From positions 77,812,001 to 77,876,000 of the forward strand of contig NC_058368.1 of the NCBI RefSeq assembly GCF_018350175.1: a DNA stretch of 64,000 bases, in the 5' to 3' direction. Positions 12,985-25,560 of this stretch are shown piece after piece (the stretch's first letter is position 1; every line of letters starts with the position of its first letter). The notes beneath the pieces were generated by a model, which worked only from the letters and a program-made list of their open reading frames with translations, was not told where the DNA came from and ran no database searches. The stretch is from Felis catus (taxonomy: Eukaryota). The position numbers and the translations under genes were made by a program.

Positions 12985-13850
12985 TTGACCTTCTTGAAAC
13001 TCACTACCTGCTTGGCTTCCTGGACAACACATTATCCTTCAACTCATTACATTCTGCTTTTATTTCCCTTCATAGTTGACTCTTCTACTATATGCCTTCA
13101 CAAACCCAAGTTCCCTTTTCCTATTCTTCCCTGATGGAAACACACCAGAGGCAATAACAATCTTACCTTTGTTCATAACTGATTTTTCTCCCTGGAGTTA
13201 CAGTGCTGACTCTTCCTCTACATGCCTCATAAGTGCTGGCTTTCGGTGGGGTTCCATTCCTCCACTACCCTGCTTTCTCCATACTTTCCCCTGAGATCCC
13301 ATGTCCTCTCTTTATTTCAACTCTGCCCCGCACATCGCTACCCCTCCCATCACTATCTTCAGACCAGCCCTCTGAGGTTCCGAGGTTTGGATGTCATATC
13401 TAACTGTGATGCACACACCTCATGCATAATATGTCAACTAGAGATTTGGCAACTCTTTTCTTTAACTTTCCTTGGAAGCATTACAAAATTAGCTATTCTA
13501 GAAATAGGAGTCAACTTTGACTCCTTCCCAATCCTCCCTTATGACCCAACTAATTGTTCCTAAGTGTTTCTACAAAGTGTTTCTTTGACTCCTTTCCAAC
13601 CCTCCTTTCATACCCAACTAACTGTCTGTTCCTAAGTGTTTCTACAAGCCAACTCTCCCTCAGCATCCCAACGCTTGAATCTGTTCTGGGCCATCTTCCA
13701 CACAGTGGTCAGTATGAAAATGCCAGAACTCCAAGTCTTCCTGTGTCAGTTCTTCTCTGAACACGTTACCCACTAACTTTATTGCTCGGGAAGTTAGAAG
13801 TCAATAAATATTTGATGAGCTAATTTATGAATGATGAATAAATGAATTAC
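12985..13850 (+). mobile_element. Degenerate L2
   Basis: Pyrimidine-rich L2-like body ending caataaatatttgatga...tgaatgatgaataaatgaa. Confidence 0.55.
13515..13647. repeat. Diverged ~65-bp tandem duplication
   Basis: ctttgactcct...cccaactaa...tgttcctaagtgtttctacaa at 13515-13575 and 13583-13647. Confidence 0.85.
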
Positions 13851-14417
13851 TTTCATGAATTTGAGCAGTGAAATATATAGTCAAACACTCTGTGGCATTA
13901 AGACTACCAATCACCGTCCCTTTCCTTCCCCTCTTCTTCTCCCTCTTCTTTCTCTGTATAGAAATTGATTGGTTTGGAATGTTATCTAAATATCCTACAT
14001 TCACTGCCCTTAAGATGATCGTAAAAATAATTTCTACCCATTAGAGTTTAATTTACGAGAGCCAGAAGTGATGAGAATCACAACAACCAAAGCAATATCA
14101 CATAGCCCTATAAGCTTATGTTTAAAGCATAATTTTCTGTACAAAAACACAATAGTATTTGAGTCCCCCAAAATTTAACTATGGCAATTACCCTTAAAGT
14201 TGGAAAATTAAAGTAAATTGATGTTATTGTTTTTCCTTCAAAAATATATGTTGAATGATGCTTCCCCAGTGACAACTCTATTAAAAGAAAATCTGGGCAC
14301 AAAAATAAGCATGCACTGAACCTTCTGTATACTCTCAGACCAGGAGTTCACTGTCTCTTACAATGGTGTGATTTCCAGTGTTAGATGTTCCAGAAGTTTA
14401 TGAGCCTATTATCATTT

Positions 14418-14787
14418 TCACATGTGTGCACATACACATACAGGCACACACATAAACACCCAGGCAAACACATACGCAGCACACATACACATATGTGCAT
14501 GCACACAAGCACACACATATACACACACATACTCAGGCACACACACAGGCACACATGCACACACACATACACACACAGGCATGCACATATACACACGCAC
14601 TCACACATGCGCATGCACAGGTACACACGTACTCACACATGCGCACACACATACACCCACAGGCACGCACATATACACACACATACTCACACAGGCACAC
14701 AGGCGCACACTCACAGGCACACACATATACACACATACTCACACATACACACACAGGCACACATGCTCACACACATGCCCACACACT
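14418..14787. repeat. Long degenerate CA-rich repeat
   Basis: About 370 bp of interrupted (CA)n with recurrent caggcac; source of the His/Thr- and Cys/Val-rich spurious ORFs. Confidence 0.95.
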
Positions 14788-16102
14788 CTGTTATAAAACA
14801 TTCTAGAACGGTGAGCCGTCAAGATAGCCACCCGTGTACCTGAAGAGTTCTAGCGTCAAAGTAAAGGGAAACAAATCCTTCAGCCGTTTTAAATTAAAAC
14901 CGCAACTTTGTTGTTTTAAAATTATCATGTCGCTCATAACCAGGGAAGAATTTTCCTTTTACTTGGAGTACATCAAAACTAGGTCACAATGAGAACATAA
15001 TATGTCCTAAGAAAGATTACTCTTGTACAGAACATTCTAAACAATAAGAAATTCAGGGCATCTCCTGGCTTGTCCAGAAACTTTAGTAGATTAAACTTGT
15101 TAGAAGGAGTTTCTCATATTTTCTATTGCTTGCACTAAAAATAACCACAGTATAGATCGCTGAGGGAAGGTTTTCTATTACTGCCTAGGTATCTGTGCTT
15201 TCCCGAGCCCACCATTTTCACGAACTCCATTTTTGTGATCATCCAAAGTAGCTGGTACTAAGTGCAGAATCGTGGCTGATTATACGTTTATATACGAAAG
15301 AATGGACTTGTTTCTAGTGCATGTTTTCTAACTGCCATAAATACAAAGCTCTGATGAACATGTCCAGTCTGAGATGGCTATCACACGCCTCGTCTGTGAC
15401 CAGAAGTGCCATGGGGGAGAAAATGGAGAACAATTCCAAATAACTGGGAAATTAAGACTCAAGGAACTAGATACATGTTAACACAGGAGTAGAAAAGTCC
15501 TACCCTACAGATGATTGTATGATCTGTCTGCCACCATTTTCTAAACCTCTGCCCTTAAGGGTACAGTTCACCATCTGGCTTTTTGTTTTTTATTTTTGCT
15601 TAGATTTTGGATATTTCTGGGGCTTCAATATGGATAGTCAGCCACTAGCCACTGAGATGGTAAACAAAATGAATAGCATTAAAGAATGTCAGGTGGAGAG
15701 TGCTAAAACTCAGTCCGAGCGTGAAAGCGTGGGTGTTGGGGGTGGGGGGAGTGTGTGCATCTGTGGGTGTGAGCATGCATGTGTGTAAGGGGTCAGGTTC
15801 AGAGGGCAACAGGAGGAAGAATCCTCATCGAGGAGCTGTACTCTAAGAGGAGAGAGCATCTCAGCAAACACAGGGTCTCAGATGTCATGATCATGACGGT
15901 CTCCCTGAATGTCATTGGGAAGATAACCATGCTATGTCAGATGCTCTACAGAAGTTTAAGTACCTACTCATAGGAGAAAAGCAATTTTCTTCCCTGTTTC
16001 TTGTTTTGTGTTGTTTCCTTTTCCAAATTGGCAATGCACTCAATGTTATACTTATCTTAGGAAAGACATGATGCCTCCTCTTTTAAAAAACTGAACTGTT
16101 TT

Positions 16103-16301
16103 GGGGCACTTGGGTGGCTCAGTCAGTTGAGCGTCCCAATCTTGATTTCGACTCAGGTCATGATCTCACACTTGGGAGATCGAGGCCCCCGTCAGCCATT
16201 GTGCTGAGTGTGGAGTCTCCTTGAGATTCTCTCTCTCCCTCTGCCCCTCTCCCCTGCTGGCATGTCTGTGCTCTTTCTAACATAAGATAATAATAATAAT
16301 G

Positions 16302-16334
<33 letters not shown>

Positions 16335-16340
16335 TAATAT
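16103..16340 (+). mobile_element. Older Can-SINE with (TAA)n-expanded tail
   Basis: GGGGCACTTGGGTGGCTCAG head; tail (taa)n at ~16286-16333; TSD aaaaactgaactgttt / aaaaactgaatttttt. Confidence 0.9.
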
Positions 16341-17351
16341 AAAAACTGAATTTTTTGAAATTGTGTCACATCATTAGTTCAGGAAGGCCTGAACTAGTCT
16401 CAGTCTCATCCAGAGATGAGTGGTGATTTACTCTTCTAGGCATGTGACTCTATTTCTCCTGTTTTAATTTGGCATTTGCTTGAGATATTTTGATTGATAT
16501 TAAAATTGAGATAAACCTTACACAATATTTTGCATGTTTTGAGAGGACTACTTTTCATATTTGCCCTCCGACAATATGTAAAGTTTCCTGCTGAAGAAAT
16601 GAACAAATATGTTCATCAAGTCAACTTTTGAAAAAGTCTGCTTACTACTGAAGATATTAGCAGAAAGCGTCATGTTAATGCCTTAATGCCTTGTGATCTG
16701 CGTAACTAACACACATCCCCCCACACACACTCACGCATTCATACATACATATGGCACTCCTGCGTGCATAGTATCAGGTGAATTAAGGCAAAAGTGGTTT
16801 AAGTTATGCTTTTGGTGCAAGATTTAGGTAACGTCTACAGTACAGTCTCCTGATCTCCCTCATCATTCATTCCAAAGCTTTCTTTCATATAATAAAGACA
16901 ATGAAGATGCATGGATTTTAGTATGTACGTTAAGGTCCGACTGAGGCTATCAATCTCACACTCATGAACATTCTCTTTCCAGGGCTTTTGTTCTTGTAAA
17001 TAATAGAGGTAACATAAAGGGTATTGAACTGTGCGAACGGCCAGCTTCTAGGGAAACAATACAAAAGCTACAAAGAAAAACAGTCAATATTAGGCAGTTC
17101 AATACAATGGTAAACAAGAGGTGAAGCTTGTCATGAGACTAAGACAATGAAAAGTCTGCCTGATTTTTTTTAATGCAAAAAGCTTTTGCTGCTAATTGTA
17201 AAAATAAGACATAATTGTTTTTAAAAAGGCAATCAGTACAGTAATGAATAAAAGATAATACATATCCTAACTGCTATTGCTACCACTTAGATCATTATAG
17301 CTACTGTTAACATTTTACTATCTGTCCACATACTGCTTTATGGACTCAACC

Positions 17352-17359
17352 ACACACTT

Positions 17360-17392
<33 letters not shown>
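17352..17392. repeat. (CA)n microsatellite
   Basis: Direct observation. Confidence 0.9.
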
Positions 17393-17393
<1 letters not shown>

Positions 17394-17449
17394 CTAATTT
17401 TTCATACATGTGTGCTCTCCATTTTATTTCACTTTATATTATGGCACCA

Positions 17450-18230
17450 AGCACTCTTGGCTCTCTGACTTCATCTTTGTAACAATTTCGTATTCTCTTT
17501 TTACTGAATTCTCTTATCTTCCATTCTCTAAATATTTAAATAACCCAAGGCTCAGTCCTTAATGTCTGTGCTCAGCTTTTAGATTCACAGCCAATGTCAG
17601 AGATTTAAATCAATTTATAGACCCAAGTTCCCAAGTATATACCTCCAGCCCTGAACTTTCCCCTTGAATACCAGCTTCATTTATTCAGTTGTCAAGACAA
17701 CAACATTTAATGGATGCCTGATGTGCATAACAAATTTAATGTTTCCAAAACCAACTGTTTCATTCTCCCCCTCCCCAGAATGCTCTGTGCCTTAGTCTTG
17801 TCCATATGAGCAGAATAGAAAGTCCATTATTCCACTTTCTCTAGCCAGGGACTTCAATCTGTGATTCCTCAGACGTCCATGCTTAGGTATTCACCAGCCT
17901 TTCTGCAGAAGATCTTCTTCTGCAACGTAATTACAGGGTTTGCTCCCTGACTTAATTCAGGCCTCTGATCAAATATCACCTTATAGAGCAGCCTTGCCTG
18001 ACCACCCTATCTAAGATGGCGGCCTTCTACCTCCCATATCATTATTTACTTGCCTGCCATACTTTTTCTTATTATTTATAATGATCTGACATAATCTGTC
18101 TTCCCTGATTGCAAAGCCAAATGGTATTTGGGACTTTCTACTGTTGCTACTGTTGATTTGTTGGCTGATCTTTCCTCAAAGACTAGAAGAGTACATGATG
18201 TACAATAAATTTTTTTTGAATTAAGGAATC
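17450..18230 (+). mobile_element. Degenerate L2
   Basis: L2-like motifs (cccaaggctcagtcctt, ctccagccctgaact, ccttgcctgaccaccctatctaa) and tail caataaat...ttgaat. Confidence 0.6.
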
Positions 18231-18239
18231 AAATCATTT

Positions 18240-18700
18240 GATTTGTTTTATGGTATCCCATAGTATGAGTCTGTTGCAGTTTATTTTATTGATGACCATG
18301 TGTGTTTTCATAGATTTTCACAATGAAAATTTCACAATGTAACAATGCAAGAACATTGTTCGACGTTATTCTGAGCACGGATGAGAATATCTCCAGGGAT
18401 ATTCATAGAAATAACATTATTAGGTCATAGTGTATCTAGCATCATCTTTTAAAAATATTGCCAAATTGCTCTCCAAAGTAGATATATAATTTTCACTTCT
18501 GGAAGTCTGACTTCCCATTTTTTCCATATCCCAGCCAATAGCTGTCAATGCCATATATTTAAATTTTTGTTAATCCAATGAATATAAAATACCATAGTAT
18601 TATTTACTGTTACTTTAAATGCATTTCAAAATTATTAGTGAGGTTGAACATCATTGTATGTACTCTTGTTTGGCTTTTTGCCTATCCAGTCTAACTTTAC
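18240..18700 (-). mobile_element. Old L1 (L1ME/L1MC-like) 3' fragment
   Basis: attgccaaattgctctccaaag and tgcatttc...attagtgaggttgaacat motifs. Confidence 0.55.
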
Positions 18701-19760
18701 ATGTCAACTTTAAGTAGTACAGTGGGAGTGGGAGCTAATAAATGCTAATTATTAAAAAGAAACCCAATGAAGAAATATACTTGGTTTCTTTATTTAAATA
18801 AGTTGTATGGGGCAGGTTAGACTAATTATACCTGAACACCTACAGGCAGTTGGTAAGTCCCTAGCTAATTAAAAAGATCATAACATACATATGTGTGTGT
18901 GTGAGTATATATATATATATATACTTCCAGGAAAATAGAAAAATTTAAATAACTTTAAACATTTTCCCATTATACAGCCTAACTCCAATATCATATGTTA
19001 TTATTACTAAAGAGAAACCACCATAGCTTATAAAATATGATCACAAAAGTTGGAGACCAATGTCTCAGTTGCTTATCACCTGGTGGTTAATTATAGCCAT
19101 CAAATTCTCACCTCCGGTGAAGAAGCTATATGAAACTCATCTCTCTAGGATTATTATAGATAAGAGAATCATCACGACATTCAAAGTTAAAATTTGAAGA
19201 TTATATGTTACAATGGCAATTAAGACAGGCATCCAGGAACCAATTTAATCAAGTTTTTCGAGCCAATGTGATGGTTTTTCGTGTAACAGACACAGATATG
19301 GAACCAGGACACAACAATGTTCACTTGTCAATGCCACTGCCATGTTACCAATATTTTAGAGGTAGACTGACTTTTGAGATTTTCATCCCACAAGGAAAGC
19401 TAACAATTGTACAGAAGTTCATAGAAATAGATCTCCCAAAATTACACTATAGATTTAATGCCTTCTAAAATAATGGCCATGTATTCTCATAACAAACATT
19501 ATTTTAATATAATACTCAGAAAAACACTTCTGTTAATAGCCCAGTTACCCCATAGACTGAGATGCTAGCTTGGCCACCAATTTATTACACGACAGTTACT
19601 GTCACCCTTTGGTGCCTACTGTATTCCATGTAGGCACCAAGACTGCTACTAGGAATAGTGGTAAATAATATTGACATTGGCCTTGACCTCAGTAACACAC
19701 AGAAGAAGAAAAGATAAAAACAAATAAAATATATGAGATGCACTATGACAATGGTTGATA

Positions 19761-20316
19761 TTGGAGGGGAGCAAAAAATTTCCTTCTTTTCTACAAGATT
19801 CTTCCAGCTGGACTAAGAATTAAATTTATATGAGACAGATGAACAAGATGAACAAGAGAAAAAAAATCAGTTTTATTTCATGTGCACAGAGGCCCAATAA
19901 TAAAACGGAGACCAAAAGAAATGACCAAGCCAGACAGTTTTTATATTTTTTGCACAAAGAGACAACACTCTGTGAAGGAATGGAAGGACAAAGAAAACTT
20001 AAGTTTGGGAGGTTAATTAGTAAGGAATTCTAAACAGAATTTGGGCTGTGGAAGTAAATTTGCAAAGTAAAAAGTAACAAGCATTGTTTATATAGCCTTT
20101 TTGGCTCTAAGTTTCCCATCCCTGGTAAGGATGACTCTTTACCTCCTGGTCCAAAGAGAGAACCTTTCACATAGAGACTCATTTTCTGCTTTCCGGGGGA
20201 CAGAGGAGGGTCTGAGTGTCCTAGTTGCATAGGCTGTCTCTTAGGCAACTTTTATTTAAGACAAACACATACAAAAGTAGCATATTTTGGGCAGTCTTCC
20301 CTTGGTGTCTAAAACA
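19761..20316 (-). mobile_element. ERV1-class solo LTR (MER34/MER4-group-like)
   Basis: Reverse complement contains cccaaaatatgctacttttg near the 5' end and aatttaattcttagtccagc...tttttgctcccct near the 3' end; resembles the LTR at 41006. Confidence 0.65.
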
Positions 20317-20326
20317 GATCACCAAT

Positions 20327-20548
20327 GGGGTGCATGGGTGGCTCAGTCAGTTAAGGGTCTGACTCTTGATCTCAGTTCATGTCATGATCTCATGGTGCCT
20401 GAGTTTGAGCCCTGTGTCGGGCTCTGTGCTGACAGTGTGGAGCCTGCTTGGGATTCTCTCTCTCCCTTTCTCTCTGCCCTTCCCCCACTCACACGTCAGC
20501 TCTTTCTCTCTCAAAATAAATTTTAAAAACTTTAATGAATAAATAGAT
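20327..20548 (+). mobile_element. Can-SINE, full length
   Basis: TSD aaaacagatcaccaat (20311-20326) / aaaatagatcaccaat (20549-20564). Confidence 0.93.
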
Positions 20549-22049
20549 AAAATAGATCACCAATACTTTGAAATATTCCTGACATAATCTGAACTCAGTA
20601 TTTGCCGAACAAACAGGCAACATTTTATGTATGCAGGGACTTGAGACATGATTAGAAGAGAGCCGAGTGCAGAGAGAGAAGAGTTTGTGCCACTGGGGAA
20701 ATAAATGCTCAAAGACCTTGGAAGACAGACTGTAGATGAATAAAAACAGAAGTGTTAAGGAAAGGGTATCGATCAGAGGTTTTCCTGATCATGTGAAAGA
20801 TTTTGGCCTTTATCCTAGGAAAAACAGAGAGCCATTGAAAAAGCTTCAGATGCGAACAACATGTAGAAAGATTGTACTAGATCCCACCCAGGAAATGGAG
20901 CTGGTTCCACAAGGCTCCCCTTCCACGCTTATTCCCTTCCACTTGCCCAAGGCCCATGGGGAGGCCGACACACTGTTCCAGAGTAGAGATAACTTGAAAT
21001 AATATTATAGATTATTTTATCCAGGTTTTTTTTTTTCATTTTCAGTTGAGGGAGTGAGGTCTGGAAAAATGGAATGATTTTCCTAAAATTATGCATCCAA
21101 CATCCCTTCCAACAGTGTGTCCTTGTGCCCTTCTGGAAAGAATTCTTTTAGCTTGTCTCTTGGGCTCTTCTCCTTGATTAACTTCAATGCAGTTGGCATT
21201 CACATTTTTTTACTAAGAGGCTTTGTTTGTGTGTTGTTAAGTAAACTATTAGATTACCTCCTGAGGACAATCTCACAAGGGGTATGAATACCCTAAAAAA
21301 AAGGTAATGCCTTCATCACACTTTTAAAAGGACGAATGCAGTGCCTCATTCACAACGAGTTTCTGTCATTTTCTTTCCTCCGGCACTGTTTTGAAGCTTC
21401 CAAGGAGAAAACAAAACAAAAAACACATGCACACACATGCATTCCCACACATACAAAACAGCAAACACAAAGGATCATCTTTGCCCGGAAAGGCAGACCC
21501 AGAGTTGTTTCTTCATATGGACAAATCCTTAGCAATGAATCAATCGTGCTGTGACCTAAAACCAATATCCATTTTGCCCAGTTAGAGTGAAAATATTAAA
21601 CCTTCCATCCCTCTCTCCTTCTTTCCTTCTCTCTCCCTTCTTTTTTTAGTAGCACAAGTTTCCCGTTATTTGCATAAACATTGTTTTTCTTACAGATCAA
21701 CAATATGATTTGGACAATTGCATAAAAGTAAGGTTCAAATGGTCTGATTGTATAGAAAGGCTTCTCAACTGCACGAGATACACCTGGGTGTGATACTCAG
21801 CTCCGTTACTCAGAAGTTCTGTTTTTGAGCAAATCATTTAAACTTCTATGGGCTTAATGGGGGCACATATTAAATCACAATGTGAGACAAAAAAGATCTA
21901 TAGATCATTCAATGCTAATAATCTATAAAACCATGAATCTGAAATCTGAATGCTCAAGTCATATGAGGGAAGGCTTTGTAAACATTATCATTGGAAAGAG
22001 GTTGAGATGAGATTAAGTTTTTGGAAAGAAGGTACAGCCTGTTACATCA

Positions 22050-22302
22050 GACAAGAGTCACATCAGAGATCTATCTAGATATGCTTCTGTCACTACCAGC
22101 TTAGGGACTTTGGTCCAGTTACTCAACCTCCCTGAAGTGAAGTGGTATTTTCTCATCTCTTAAAAGAATAATGGTAGAGGCGCTTGAGTGGCATAGTCCG
22201 TTAAGTGTCTGACTCTTGGTTTTGGCTCAGGTCATGATCTCACGGTTTGTGGGTTCAAGCCCCGCATCGGGCTCTGCACTGACAGCACGGAGCCTGCTTG
22301 GG

Positions 22303-22353
<51 letters not shown>

Positions 22354-22500
22354 GCTCCTCCCCCACGCGTGCTATCTCAAAATAAATAAACATTTTTTAA
22401 TTTAAAAAATAAAAATAAAAAAGAATAAGGGGAAACCGGGAAACCTGTTTTATCTCAAATGTTTTTTTAGGCAGATCATATGAGAAACTATAATGATCTA
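22050..22500 (+). mobile_element. MIR interrupted by a Can-SINE
   Basis: ctgtcactaccagctta...gactttggtccagttactcaacctccctgaa...ttctcatctcttaaaa core; continues after the SINE. Confidence 0.55.
22177..22418 (+). mobile_element. Can-SINE, full length
   Basis: Head, long (CT)n, A tail; TSD aaaagaataatggta / aaaagaataagggga. Confidence 0.93.
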
Positions 22501-22777
22501 TAATAAAGCAGGCCTTTATATCATTGTGACATGGTTTATTAACACTCTTCTATTTCCTTAAATGTTATACAAAAGATTTCCAATTTATGTTTAAACATTT
22601 GAGAAATATGTAAAGGCTTTGTACTTAGTTTGATTCTATAAAAGACTGAATTTGTTCAATTATTCCTTGGTATCTAGCCTTGCATTGCATATGCTCATAT
22701 CTGCAAGTTTTCACATTGATCCAGCAATCTCACAATGCCCCTCAGAGCCTGGCAAGACCAAAAAGAATATGCATGCT

Positions 22778-22983
22778 GGCGCACCTGGGTGGCCCAGTCA
22801 GTTGAGTGTCCAACTTTGGCTCAGGTCACGATCTCGTGGTTCATGAGTTCGAGCCCCCCATGGGGCTTGCTGCTGTCAGTGTCGAAGCTATCAGGGCAGA
22901 GCCCGCTTCAGATCCTCTGTTCCCCCTCTCTTTCTGTCCTCCTCTGCTCTCTCTCTCTCTCTCAAAAATAAACATTAAAAAAA
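22778..22983 (+). mobile_element. Can-SINE
   Basis: GGCGCACCTGGGTGGCCCAG head, (CT)n, AATAAACATTAAAA tail; TSD degenerate. Confidence 0.9.
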
Positions 22984-24266
22984 CAGGATACACACCCAAA
23001 AGCACATGATTCCCAAACTTGTATTTCATTATAGATTTAACATGTACTTATTTCATAAGTTATCTTCTCTCATAACTGGGTAGCGAATCTTTTCATTCTG
23101 CAGAAGTGACTTCGAAAAAAAAAACAACAACACGTTTATTCAGAGGAATAAAGGCTAGGATAGCGTTAGCAGCTGTCCTAATACAGGTTCTCTGATCACA
23201 GCACTGCTTATGAAAAGAAATTTTCTTAAATTAAAACTTCGTCCTTCTTAAGATTTCTTTTAAAAAATCCTCCTTAATTGTTTTTATAAAGCAATGTTAA
23301 AAATAATCCAAATGATCATTTCCTTTTTATCTTGAACATGTTTGCAACTTAATAATTAGTTGTGAAATGTAAATGCTACTGGAATGGTATTGGCAAAGCT
23401 TTTCTAATTAAAATGCACTTTCTATTGACATTTTCCAGATGACTTACGAACTCAGGACTCCATTTCCTGTTTGTCAAAAATCTGTAGAGGCACAAGTTCA
23501 TTTCTCAAGAAGAAAGATTCTACCATCTTCTACCCCAAACTGCTCAAATGTAAGAACTTCCTCTCGGGTTAATCAGAAATGTTAGTCAAATATGAGGGGC
23601 TCTTTTTATCCTTTTGAAGCAGTATTGAATCACTATTGCTGTTTTTCAAAGACTAACGTCATCGACCATGCAAATTTCAGACCCAGCCTGAAATTAATGA
23701 TAGGGGGTTATTTTTTAAGCATGCCAATGCATATAGAACATGAAAGAGAAAAATGAATTAAACAATATCATATAAAAACTACACTCCTTTTAATAACACG
23801 GTGGTAATAACACATTAACAAAGAGTCAACTTAAAACCTGGCCGTAAGAACCAAACTTCAGCAAAAAGCAATGATTAAAATGAAAATCCTTGGACTATCA
23901 CAGGGCTACCCAGTGAACCATGGTATCTGTGTATACCTGCTCCATTTTCTATGTTTCTATCTGTTACCCCAAATGCCAACAGGATTTTGGTGAATACAGT
24001 TATCTATTTTGAAAATGCCAGGCTTTTTGTACCTTTCGACATTCTGATGACTTACATTTCATTCACGGAGCACGGGGTGGGGCGAGGAGGGGGGGTCGCT
24101 CCGTTGCCCCGGAGCTGAAGGACAGTAGCAAAGGGACACAGAGGAGCCACATGCAGGGGGCTGGGTTTTAACTCAAAGATTTTATTTTTAATTGAGGGAT
24201 AAGCCATTTTCCATCTCCAGTCTTCCAGAAGCAATCTGTCCTCTAATCATACTCGAAGACAAAAAT

Positions 24267-24490
24267 GGGGCGTCTGAGTGGCTCAGTCGGTTAAGCGACC
24301 AACTTCGGCTCAGGTCATGATCCCACGGTTCATGGATTCGAACCCCACGTTGGGCTCTGTGCTGACAGCTCGGAGCCTGGAGCCTGTTTCGGATTCTGTG
24401 TCCCCTGCTCTCTCTGCCCCTCCCCTGCTCACGTTCTGTCTCTCAATACTGAATAAGAGTTAAAAAATTAAAAAAAAAAAAAAACAAAAA
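24267..24490 (+). mobile_element. Felid Can-SINE
   Basis: GGGGCGTCTGAGTGGCTCAGTCGG head; long A tail. Confidence 0.93.
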
Positions 24491-25344
24491 AAAAGAACCA
24501 CGTAGCTAAATGTCTAAGTCATGGCCAAAGCCTCCAAGCAGAAGTTAAAATATGCATGTCACTCCTCTTTCAAACATTTTCTAAACCCGTGACCTTGTGA
24601 TCAGAAATGATCATACTCCCGACATTTGCATTCTTGCCAATCATCATCGTCTTCATCACCATCACCATCATCATCATCCCCAAAATGCAAGCCTGCTAAC
24701 ATTGCTTTTTTGCTGGTTAGAGAAATTGAGAGGCTGCATTCAAAATTGCTAGACTTTTATCTAAATAATTATTTGTTCATTTTTTCCCATCTACATTTAG
24801 ATATCGGTAGTTTTTTCCTATTTCTAAGGAACCGGGAAACAATTTGTCTTATTTGTATAATTAGGCATTTCAGAAGAGTTAGAATCAAAATGAAAATACT
24901 CAAAGCAATGTAATTCCAACCTGAATTAGAGGATTTTTTCATTTCTTGGGAAATATGTCTGAAAAAAACATTGCTTAGAAAAGTCTAGCATGCATGCTAA
25001 TTTACGTGTTTGGTATTTTTGGGGAAGATTTTGGTGAAAACATAAATAGAAAAATTCTTCTCTCTAATTAAGCTGAGGGGTGTAAAACACAGGTTAAGAG
25101 GCGGAATGTGGTAGATTGCCTCATGAATATTCAATAATTTTTCAATTTTTAAAAACTTCAGTCCTCAGGATGAAATGTATCTAAGAAAAATTTCCGCGCT
25201 ACTTCTGAGTTACCTAGTGACACTGAACACCAGTATGGCGATCTTAAAGCTCTGCTATGTGCTTAACACATAGCTGAATTCTGTCATGAAGCAGACCTTG
25301 GTAATTTCCTCTTGAATCATCCTGTTAGCCCTAAGCCAGTAATA

Positions 25345-25560
25345 ACGCTACACAGAATAATGGCAGCTTTCGCTTTCTGAGTGTTCATACTAAGCACTTT
25401 ATATGCATATTCTCATTTTTTTTAAAGGATAGCTATTCTGGAATAGATCTAGTATGGCTTCTTTTCACAGAGGAGAAAGAAACAACTAAGAATGAGAAGT
25501 TTCATAGTTCCCCCAAGGTCACAGGACAAGTGGGTTGCAGCGTCTGACCACAGATTGGCT
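25345..25560 (-). mobile_element. MIR fragment
   Basis: ctaagcactttatatgcatattctcattt...ttttcacagaggagaaa...cccaaggtcacag. Confidence 0.55.

Noticed and set aside
14381..14843. His/Thr-rich and Cys/Val-rich ORFs up to 152 aa
   Set aside because: They are translations of a degenerate CA repeat
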